A stretch of DNA of 64,000 nucleotides from an uncultured Gammaproteobacteria bacterium. GTDB lineage: Bacteria > Patescibacteriota > Patescibacteriia > Magasanikbacterales > UBA922. The stretch covers positions 674,709-738,708 of the forward strand of contig OZ246405.1 in assembly GCA_965231005.1 (NCBI GenBank). Reading direction: 5' to 3'. The notes beneath the pieces are model-generated. The model was not told the DNA's origin. It saw only the letters and a program-made list of their open reading frames with translations, and made no database searches. This document shows positions 49,959-57,337 of the stretch, one piece after another; position 1 is the stretch's first letter, and the number at the start of each line of letters is the position of its first letter. The translations under genes were made by a program, and so were the position numbers.

Positions 49959-51203
49959 ATGAAGAAGCAAAAGATTTTCTTTATTCCAACATATATAGGT
50001 CCGATTAAACACTACGAGCGTTTGATTCCTTATCTTCAAGATACATATGATGTTGAATTTTTGATTGTACGTCCAGAGAGTTCTCAACGGAAGGAATCCG
50101 TGGAATATTGCAAAGAAAAAAAATACACATACCATATTATTGACAAAGGAATTACAAGAGATATTGGTATTCGAATCCCCTTTTTCACACCGATTAAAAA
50201 GAGATACGAACATGCTATAGCTTGTCGTAATTTTTTAAAAACACATGAGGCCGCAAAAATTATTTCCCACAAGTCATCATCTCCATATGACTCTCTTTTT
50301 AGAGAGGCAAATAGACTTGGAATAGAAACGATTGTGCTTCAATGGTCATCGGCTGCGAGTATAATAGAACAAGACAAGCGTGTAAATTCTTTCGTTCAGA
50401 AGACGTACTTGTTCTTTTTAAAGGTAATTTTTGCTTTACTGGATCTTTTTTACAAAGAATCTCGTTTTGGATATAAAACAGCCATTCCTAAAAAAATTGG
50501 GGTTTTCGACAAAATAAAAAAAGAGTATTATATCGGAGAAGGGTTTGATCCCAAAATCATAGATATTGTTGGGTCTATTGATTTTCAATTATTGTATGAA
50601 TTAAGAAAAAGAATAGACACAGATTCACGTTTGAGAGAGTCATTGCTCGAAAAATATGGACTTTCTAAAAATAAGATTAATATTGTCGTCATTCTGTATC
50701 GTTTTTATATGGCGCCAGACAAAAAATACAAGATGACAATTGATGAGCATGTCTCACATTATTATGATTTGTTTAAGAGTATCCGAGAAGTTTTTTCGGA
50801 GGAGGAAGCAAACGTTTTGCTGAAGATGCATCCAACAGAAAATAGAATGCCCGAGCTGTATCATTCGTATAAAGAGCTTGGTGTACAATTATTTTATGGT
50901 GATGCAAAAACAGATGAGCTTGTATGTTTGTCTGATCTCTATATTTCTGAGCCTGCATCAAGTGTAAACTATATGGTACTCGGAAGTAATACACCATCAA
51001 TTTTTGTTAATCTTTCCGAATTTGAATTTCTCAATAATCGAGCACAATATTTTAACATTACCCATATAGCAACTAGTCGAGAAGGATTTATCAGAAAATT
51101 AAAAGAGTTTAAGAATGGAACACTTGAAAGACAATACAACACAGACGATATTGAACTAAGATCCATTGATAAGACAGTATCTTTTATCAAAAAGAATATA
51201 TGA
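49959..51203 (+). CDS. GT-B-fold TagF/KpsC-like transferase; paralogue 4 of 4 (putative)
   Basis: 'NIVVILYRFYMAPDKK' resembles the TagF 'ILYAPT' block. Similar size and context. Confidence 0.3.
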   Translation: MKKQKIFFIPTYIGPIKHYERLIPYLQDTYDVEFLIVRPESSQRKESVEYCKEKKYTYHIIDKGITRDIGIRIPFFTPIKKRYEHAIACRNFLKTHEAAKIISHKSSSPYDSLFREANRLGIETIVLQWSSAASIIEQDKRVNSFVQKTYLFFLKVIFALLDLFYKESRFGYKTAIPKKIGVFDKIKKEYYIGEGFDPKIIDIVGSIDFQLLYELRKRIDTDSRLRESLLEKYGLSKNKINIVVILYRFYMAPDKKYKMTIDEHVSHYYDLFKSIREVFSEEEANVLLKMHPTENRMPELYHSYKELGVQLFYGDAKTDELVCLSDLYISEPASSVNYMVLGSNTPSIFVNLSEFEFLNNRAQYFNITHIATSREGFIRKLKEFKNGTLERQYNTDDIELRSIDKTVSFIKKNI

Positions 51204-51892
51204 ATATCATGGCAGTTATTCCCGCAAGGAGTGGTTCAAAGGGAGTAAAGGACAAAAATATAAGAAAAATTCTTGGAAAAGAATTGCTTGGATATGCAAT
51301 TGATTTTGCAAAAAAACTCGAGGTTGATTCTATCTTTTGTTCAACTGATTCGCCTGTGTATGCAGATATAGCAAAGAGTCATGGTGCAGATGTACCTTTT
51401 TTGCGTTCAAAAGAAGCTGCAAGAGACACAGCAATGGAACAAGATATTCTTGAAGATTTATATAACAAATTTGATGAACACAGTATTGCGTATCCAGATT
51501 TATTTGTTTGGCTCCGTCCTACATTTTTGTTTAGAGATATTGCTGCAGTAAAGGAGTGTATCAAAAAAATGGTTGATGATCCTTCTTTAACAGCATGCAG
51601 AGTTGTTACAGAGACAGAATCTCGTTTATATACTGGTGATAATGGAATGCTCAAACCAGATTTTAATGATAATGGAGCATCGATGGCAAGACGACAAGAT
51701 GTTCCGACAAAGTATAAGGTGTATAACACAGATGTATTTCGGGGGAATCCAAAAAATTGTGGTCCAAATTTTTTAGGAAATGCTGTCGGATATGTTGTCG
51801 CAGGGAAATTATCTGGGATTGATATTGATGATGAAACTGATTTTTTAATTGCATCTCATTTATTAAAAGGATTAGGTCATGAGTATTTGTAA
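51200..51892 (+). CDS. acylneuraminate cytidylyltransferase family (CMP-ulosonic acid synthetase), copy 4
   Basis: 'MAVIPARSGSKGVKDKNIRKILGKELLGYAI'. ATGA overlap. Confidence 0.75.
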   Translation: MNIMAVIPARSGSKGVKDKNIRKILGKELLGYAIDFAKKLEVDSIFCSTDSPVYADIAKSHGADVPFLRSKEAARDTAMEQDILEDLYNKFDEHSIAYPDLFVWLRPTFLFRDIAAVKECIKKMVDDPSLTACRVVTETESRLYTGDNGMLKPDFNDNGASMARRQDVPTKYKVYNTDVFRGNPKNCGPNFLGNAVGYVVAGKLSGIDIDDETDFLIASHLLKGLGHEYL

Positions 51893-52553
51893 AGATATAC
51901 AACAAAAGATAGAAGCCCAGTTGGAAAATATTTTGTCACTTCGCGCAGATAGAGATCTTAAAGATGACAAAAGTTTTGTAACAAAAGGTGACTTACTGTG
52001 CCAAGATATTATTGTTGAACATATACAGTCTCTTGAAACACCTTTTGAAATAATTTCTGAAGAGATTGATCTTGGGACATTTGCATACGACAAAGAAAAA
52101 AACTATGTTATAGTAGATCCTATTGATGGAACAGAGAATTTCACTTCTGGATTGCGAGAGTGGGGGATTTCAATAGCTATTTATGAAAAAGGAACACATG
52201 TAGAATCAATGCTTGGTTTACCAGAGCTTAATGTATGGCTTCATACTGGTGATACTATTCAAAAGTACGAATCTCGGATTTTAGGACTTTCTTCGTCTCT
52301 TTCAAAAGACGATATGAATAATATCCCAAGGGGGCCAGAGTACAGAATAATTGGCTGTTGCGTTTATAACGTGTATAATGCTATAACCGGTTCTTTTGCC
52401 TCATTTGAGAATGTAAAAGGGGCGAATACATGGGATATTCTTGCAGGGTGTAATCTTGCTCTGGAGCATGGGAGAAAGGTGACTGTAGATGGAAAACCCT
52501 ATGCAGGAGAATTTCTTTCACCAAACAAAAAATATTTATTTAAGATAGGATAA
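51879..52553 (+). CDS. inositol-monophosphatase-family (IMPase/SuhB/CysQ) sugar-phosphate phosphatase
   Basis: 'IISEEID', 'VIVDPIDGTENF', 'TWDILAGCNLALEHG' (WDxAAG). Confidence 0.65.
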   Translation: MSICKDIQQKIEAQLENILSLRADRDLKDDKSFVTKGDLLCQDIIVEHIQSLETPFEIISEEIDLGTFAYDKEKNYVIVDPIDGTENFTSGLREWGISIAIYEKGTHVESMLGLPELNVWLHTGDTIQKYESRILGLSSSLSKDDMNNIPRGPEYRIIGCCVYNVYNAITGSFASFENVKGANTWDILAGCNLALEHGRKVTVDGKPYAGEFLSPNKKYLFKIG

Positions 52554-52561
52554 TAACCAAT

Positions 52562-53413
52562 ATGGAAGATAAAGTTATTATTGTTGCAGAGATAACAACA
52601 AATCATTTGGGGGACATAGAGAGACTCAAAAAAATGGTTCGTCTTTCAAAAGAAGCAGGCGCAGATTTGGTAAAAATACAAAGACGAACTGTTGAAACAT
52701 TTTATCCACCAGGACAGTTGGATAAGCCATATGATTCTCCATTTGGAAGTACGTATAGAGATTTTAGACATGGACTAGAACTTTCTATGGAAGATATGCA
52801 TGCGTTTGACCAAGAATGCAAACGGTTAGATATTGATTGGTTTTCTACGATTTTAGATTTTGAATCTTATGAATTGTTAGAACCATTTCAAAAACGCATA
52901 TTAAAAATTCCATCAACCATTTCTAAACATACAGCATTTCATAAAAAGATTGCTGAAAAACACAAAGGTCCTATTGTTGTTTCTACTGGATTTACTGATC
53001 AAGCATATGAAGATTATGTCATGGAAACATTTAAAGATAATGAAAAGATTTATCTACTTCAGACTACATCAGCATATCCAACTCCACCAGAAGATTGTCT
53101 TATTTCAGTGATAAGACATTATAGTAAGCTTAGTGAAAAGAATCCAAAAATTGTTCCAGGATATTCGGGTCATGATATCGGATCACTTGGATTTATGCTT
53201 GCTGTTGCAGCTGGTGCAAAAATGATTGAAAAGCATGTAAAGCTTGGTGATACTGAATGGATGCATTTCCAAGATGTTGCTGTTGATTTGGAAAATGGAG
53301 ATTTTGCAAAGTTTGTTCAAGACGTGCGTAAAGCTGAAAAAATGTGTGGAAGCGAAAAAAAGGAAATCAAATCTACAGAACATCATAAGTATGATTATAT
53401 TCCAGAAGTTTAA
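52562..53413 (+). CDS. NeuB-family ulosonic acid (phosphate) synthase, short form without SAF domain, copy 4
   Basis: 'IIVAEITTNHLGDIERLKKMVRLSKEAGADLVKIQRRT'. Only 283 aa. Confidence 0.65.
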   Translation: MEDKVIIVAEITTNHLGDIERLKKMVRLSKEAGADLVKIQRRTVETFYPPGQLDKPYDSPFGSTYRDFRHGLELSMEDMHAFDQECKRLDIDWFSTILDFESYELLEPFQKRILKIPSTISKHTAFHKKIAEKHKGPIVVSTGFTDQAYEDYVMETFKDNEKIYLLQTTSAYPTPPEDCLISVIRHYSKLSEKNPKIVPGYSGHDIGSLGFMLAVAAGAKMIEKHVKLGDTEWMHFQDVAVDLENGDFAKFVQDVRKAEKMCGSEKKEIKSTEHHKYDYIPEV

Positions 53414-53431
53414 TGTTGCTTGACAAAAATA

Positions 53432-53459
53432 AAATCCAGCATATGCTGGGTTTTTTGTT
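53432..53459 (+). terminator. rho-independent terminator ending the 53-kb + strand array
   Basis: AAAAUCCAGCAU/AUGCUGGGUUUUUU: palindrome CCAGCATATGCTGG followed by T6. Lies 19 nt after the stop at 53413. Confidence 0.55.
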
Positions 53460-53471
53460 TATATAGGTTGT

Positions 53472-53510
53472 GGACCAGCTCGCTTCGACAATGTCGGGCG
53501 AGCTGGTCCT
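53472..53510. repeat. GC-rich perfect 12-bp-stem hairpin at the low-GC/high-GC junction
   Basis: GGACCAGCTCGC-N15-GCGAGCTGGTCC. The loop contains CGACA.TGTCG. Sits 10 nt 3' of the minus-strand stop at 53520. No flanking U-tract on either strand. Confidence 0.5.
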
Positions 53511-53519
53511 GGTTGCTGA

Positions 53520-54458
53520 TTAGAGCAGGGTTTTCTTGGTCTTGTTTTGGTTTGCCATCTTCACTACGCCTTCCCACGTGGACTGGTCCGTGAGTGTGAA
53601 CGCGATCAAGAATCCTGGGAGTGAGAGAACTTTTCCGATTGTGAGCGGTTCGTTGTAGATGATTACACCGAGCATTGTTGCAGCACCGATGTACACGCTC
53701 CACATCACCAGTTTTTTTGCCGCAATTGAACTACCGTCTTTGTAGCTAAGGAGCTTGAACGGAATCATCACGACCACAACAAGGCTAATCAGGATGGCCG
53801 CTGTCCAAAAGCCTGTTGACAGTGAGCCAACGTATGCCCAGCCTCCGAGGACGCTGAGGGACAGTACGCAGCAGAGTATTGTTGAAGATCCGACCCAAAA
53901 GTTATTCACAAAAGGATCGGCCTTTCTAATCTTGCGCGTAATTGCCTCGTTGAGTACTGCGAAGAAGGGGAGACTGATTGCCAGCCAAACCCAGGTTGAG
54001 AGGTTCAGAAATTCTGCGAGCGATGGAAAGTTCAGTATTGCATATCCTGCAATCAGGAAGACTGCAATCCCACACCACTGACGGATTCTCAATTTGTCTC
54101 CAAAGAAAATCCAGTCAACAAAAGCGCCAGGAATAATGGACATCCCACCGATGAATGTGACAACACCGATGTCTGCCCCTTCGTACGTGAATGTCATGAA
54201 GCTGATGACTGTCATGATTGTGGCAACAGCACCAAAGGCCATTGAGCCAGCAATCTGAGTCGCCGGAGCGCGAAGCTGCTTTTTTCTGACAGAAGAACCA
54301 ACAACGCCGCTGAGCATCTGTATGATTCCAATGACAAGTGTTGCTAAAAATGTACCAGGAAGGTTTTTTGAAGCTACTCCAATTATCTTGATGAGCAACT
54401 TGCTGATGGTCTTGGAAATACCTTCGCCAACTGCCCACTTGATCCACGAGTTGTTCAT
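53520..54458 (-). CDS. multi-pass membrane protein (possible DMT/EamA-like transporter), in GC-rich island
   Basis: 312 aa with about 10 hydrophobic segments. GC-rich codon usage unlike the rest of the window. Confidence 0.45.
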   Translation of the reverse strand: MNNSWIKWAVGEGISKTISKLLIKIIGVASKNLPGTFLATLVIGIIQMLSGVVGSSVRKKQLRAPATQIAGSMAFGAVATIMTVISFMTFTYEGADIGVVTFIGGMSIIPGAFVDWIFFGDKLRIRQWCGIAVFLIAGYAILNFPSLAEFLNLSTWVWLAISLPFFAVLNEAITRKIRKADPFVNNFWVGSSTILCCVLSLSVLGGWAYVGSLSTGFWTAAILISLVVVVMIPFKLLSYKDGSSIAAKKLVMWSVYIGAATMLGVIIYNEPLTIGKVLSLPGFLIAFTLTDQSTWEGVVKMANQNKTKKTLL

Positions 54459-54602
54459 AGGATCCTCCGTGCTTTAGCATCCAAAATGGAAATGCTCTTC
54501 ATAATTTTCCATGGTTGAAAAACTATGAAGACAAGGCTACCGGCAGCACACAAGTGTGTACCGGTAGCCTGTTGCTGCAAGCAGCAGTCCTCCTTGGGGC
54601 CG

Positions 54603-55610
54603 TCAGTCAGCCTTCATCTCCTCGAGCAGTCGGCGGGCCACGGCCATGGGAGCGCCACCATCGCGGCCGTCCCAGTCGCGCACCTGCTCCAGGCACTTGA
54701 TCGCCTTGGCGCGCATACCCTTCTGGTCGAGGGCGCCGGCCTTCAGCAGCAGGCAGGTGAGAAGGGTGTTGGCGATCGAGCTCGACTTGGTGTCACCGAA
54801 CTCGGCAAGACCAGCGTCGGCCTGTTCGATCACACCGTTCCAGTCGTCGGCCTTCATAAGCGGGATGAGTTTGCCAACGCTCGACCAGTGGTTGTCCACG
54901 TGGAGCATGTAGGCCTCGTCCACATCCTTGCCGTCGTAGTCATCTCCGCCGGCGAGCATGTTGGCCCACAGGTTGTGCAGCGAGGCATTGCCCTTCATCC
55001 AGCCGGTGTAGCCGCCGTGCAGCGCTTGGATCTGCCGGCAGACGCCGAGCTGGTGTTCGAAGGCAGCCAGGATCTGGTCGTGGTCGTCCGTCACCAGCGC
55101 AGCAGTCGTACGTTCGACAGCAGCGATGTACATGGCAGTCATCACCTTCTCGGCAGCACCACCTGCCTGCGTCGCGTACAGCGCACTCATCTCCTGCGCA
55201 TGCGCAGCACCCAGGTAGTTGCGCTGACCGCGCCGGATCAGGCCGATGTTGTACCAGACCAGGCTGATGGCCAGGAGCTGCTTGGGCGTGACATCGAGCT
55301 CGTCGTGCATGCGGCTCAGGAGGCCGCTGAGGTCTTCCATTGCCTGCGTCAGATCGATGTCCGGATCGCGGCGCGCTGCACTGATCTGCTTTTCGATGCA
55401 GACCAGCTCGAGCGCAGTGTTGCCAGCGAGGCCGAACTGCACGCGCGCGTAGGCGTAGCTCTTCGCGACCTTGTCCGGATCCTTCATGAGCAGATCGTAG
55501 AGGCCAGAGGTTCGCTCGTCCAGGAAGTCAGGCTGCTCTGTGCCCATGGTGAAAAGCTGCTGACCGAGATCTTCTGCGGTCTGCGTGGTATCAAGTTGCG
55601 GCGTCGTCAT
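54603..55610 (-). CDS. hypothetical cytoplasmic protein in GC-rich island
   Basis: Balanced, protein-like composition. The overlapping + strand ORF is V/L/R/H-rich antisense. Strong RBS GGGGGT 5 nt before the ATG at 55610; the track start at 55700 is GTG in AT-rich DNA. Confidence 0.45.
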   Translation of the reverse strand: MTTPQLDTTQTAEDLGQQLFTMGTEQPDFLDERTSGLYDLLMKDPDKVAKSYAYARVQFGLAGNTALELVCIEKQISAARRDPDIDLTQAMEDLSGLLSRMHDELDVTPKQLLAISLVWYNIGLIRRGQRNYLGAAHAQEMSALYATQAGGAAEKVMTAMYIAAVERTTAALVTDDHDQILAAFEHQLGVCRQIQALHGGYTGWMKGNASLHNLWANMLAGGDDYDGKDVDEAYMLHVDNHWSSVGKLIPLMKADDWNGVIEQADAGLAEFGDTKSSSIANTLLTCLLLKAGALDQKGMRAKAIKCLEQVRDWDGRDGGAPMAVARRLLEEMKAD

Positions 55611-55897
55611 GACTACCCCCTTGTTTTTTTGCTGAGGCATACCCGTATACAGCCTTTTTTGAAATGAACAGACAGCATGCGGGAATCTGTCTCCTGACAC
55701 TAATTCGTCAGTTGGGTATACTACAATACTTTTTTCCTTTTGTCAATATTACTATTTTGTGTATTTTTAGCCAAAAAAATGGCTTTTTTACCCTTTTTTT
55801 CAGAATATCAGCCAAATAGGAGATTTTTATTAATTTTTCCTCATATTCTTTTTTTGAAATAAGATGTTTTTTTGTTCATTTTTACTTTAAATTTACC

Positions 55898-55926
55898 TTG
55901 CAAAAATATGGAAAATAGTCTAAAAT
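55898..55926 (+). promoter_or_regulatory. sigma70-like promoter TTGCAA-N17-TAAAAT
   Basis: TTGCAA at 55898-55903, 17-nt spacer, TAAAAT at 55921-55926. Lies 28 nt before the ATG at 55954. Confidence 0.4.
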
Positions 55927-55953
55927 AAGCCATGACTTTTAAAAAAATTAGCT

Positions 55954-57336
55954 ATGAATATTCTCTATATTGGAGGGGGATTTGTTGGAGCATGCTCAGC
56001 TGCAGTTTCTGCAAACAGTGGTCATAAGACCCTTGTTTTTGATATTGATGAAAATAAGGTTAGGATGCTTGGTTCAGAAGATAGAGATACTATTGAATCT
56101 TGTTTATTTGAAAAAGGACTCGGGGACTTACTTGTACGGCATAAAGAGCATGTTCGTTTTACACATGATTACAAAGAGGTCATAGCATTTCTCGAAGAGT
56201 GTGATGCCGTGTTCATGTGTTTACCAACTCCAGAAATTGATGAAACAGGAGAGAGCGATCTTTCATATTACACAAGTGCAGCCGAGCAATTAGCAGAAGC
56301 GTTAGTCAAAAGAAACAATAGTGCACAAGAAAAGTATGTTGTTATTGTAAATAAGAGTACTGTCCCAATTGAAATGGTTGATCAAACAAAACACATTATG
56401 GACAACGTTGGTGTGGAAAATTATGGTGTTGTCTCAAATCCAGAATTTCTTGTTGAAGGAAAAGCTGTTGAAGGGTCACTAAAACCAGATCGTATTGTTG
56501 TTGGTGCAGAATCAGAAAAAGATTTCGAAGTTATGCGTCGTGTGTATCAACGTTTTTATGAAGCACCAGATGTAAAATATCTTGAAGTATCTCAACGAGA
56601 AGCAGCAGCTGGAAAATTACTTGCAAATTTTTATCTGTTCAATAAATTAATGATTTGTTTTGATATTATTGGAAGAACATGTGAGGCATTTGATGATATT
56701 AAGTTTGAACAAGTCAGAAATATTCTTGTATCAGACAAAAGAATTGGAAAGTGGGGATTTTATGATTCTATCTATGCTGGTGGAAGTTGTCTCATCAAAG
56801 ATGCGCGTTCACTTTCACATCAATTACAGACAGCAGGACAGAGTGCAAATTTAGTGAATGAAGTATATCTTGCAAATAAAAGACAACTAGAATTATTTAT
56901 GAGTCGTGCAGAAACACAGGCCGCGTTTGATTGGTCTGAAAAAAAAGTTGCACTTCTTGGAACTGCATTTAAGCGAGATACAAATGATATCCGAAATACT
57001 CCAAGTATTCACATTGTAGATTTCTTACTTGAAAAACAAGTCTCTGAAATTCGTGCATATGATCCGGCAGCTCTGCCTTGGTTTAAAAAACACTTTTCTG
57101 CTGTTGATATCATTCAATATCCTGTCAACGAAGTAGAGGCTGTTGAAAATGCTGATGTCGTGATTATTGCAACAGACTGGCCTCAGTTTAGAGGAATTGC
57201 AGATATTCTTATTGAAAAAGATAGAGACGTTCTTATTTTAGATGGACGTCGCATGTTACAACATCGATATGATGATTTGCAAAAGAATGGATTTAGTATC
57301 ATCGCTGTCGGGAGTCCATTTTTAAAAGGAAAATAA
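55954..57336 (+). CDS. nucleotide-sugar 6-dehydrogenase (UDP-glucose/GDP-mannose dehydrogenase family)
   Basis: 'MNILYIGGGFVGACSA', catalytic 'IYAGGSCLIKDARSL', 'LGTAFKRDTNDIRNTPSI'. Confidence 0.8.
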   Translation: MNILYIGGGFVGACSAAVSANSGHKTLVFDIDENKVRMLGSEDRDTIESCLFEKGLGDLLVRHKEHVRFTHDYKEVIAFLEECDAVFMCLPTPEIDETGESDLSYYTSAAEQLAEALVKRNNSAQEKYVVIVNKSTVPIEMVDQTKHIMDNVGVENYGVVSNPEFLVEGKAVEGSLKPDRIVVGAESEKDFEVMRRVYQRFYEAPDVKYLEVSQREAAAGKLLANFYLFNKLMICFDIIGRTCEAFDDIKFEQVRNILVSDKRIGKWGFYDSIYAGGSCLIKDARSLSHQLQTAGQSANLVNEVYLANKRQLELFMSRAETQAAFDWSEKKVALLGTAFKRDTNDIRNTPSIHIVDFLLEKQVSEIRAYDPAALPWFKKHFSAVDIIQYPVNEVEAVENADVVIIATDWPQFRGIADILIEKDRDVLILDGRRMLQHRYDDLQKNGFSIIAVGSPFLKGK

Positions 57337-57337
57337 T

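Noticed and set aside
53472-53510. GC-rich hairpin as a tRNA or ncRNA gene
   Set aside because: A single 39-nt stem-loop without acceptor/anticodon arm architecture. Better explained as a REP/terminator-like structure.
53755-54081. 108-aa + strand ORF overlapping the minus-strand membrane-protein gene
   Set aside because: Antisense to a convincing multi-TM ORF. R/S/P-rich, low-complexity translation.
54525-55667. 380-aa + strand ORF (and the smaller ORFs 54515..54700, 54646..54912, 55246..55452) inside the GC-rich island
   Set aside because: V/L/R/H/A-rich composition with no motifs. Typical antisense shadow ORFs of GC-rich coding DNA; the opposite-strand ORF 54603..55610 has protein-like composition and a strong RBS.
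53-55700. Track start codons at 53, 19668, 30436, 31604, 43748, 45270 (TTG/GTG) and 55700 (GTG) taken as true starts
   Set aside because: Each has an in-frame ATG shortly downstream that abuts or minimally overlaps the upstream stop (19674, 30454, 31628, 43769, 45291) or follows a strong RBS (55610). Annotated with the ATG instead; 53 is treated as internal to a 5'-truncated ORF.
53414-55953. GC island as an integrative mobile element
   Set aside because: No integrase, transposase, tRNA target or flanking direct repeats could be seen by eye. Left as a compositional anomaly (HGT or assembly chimera) rather than annotated as a mobile_element.
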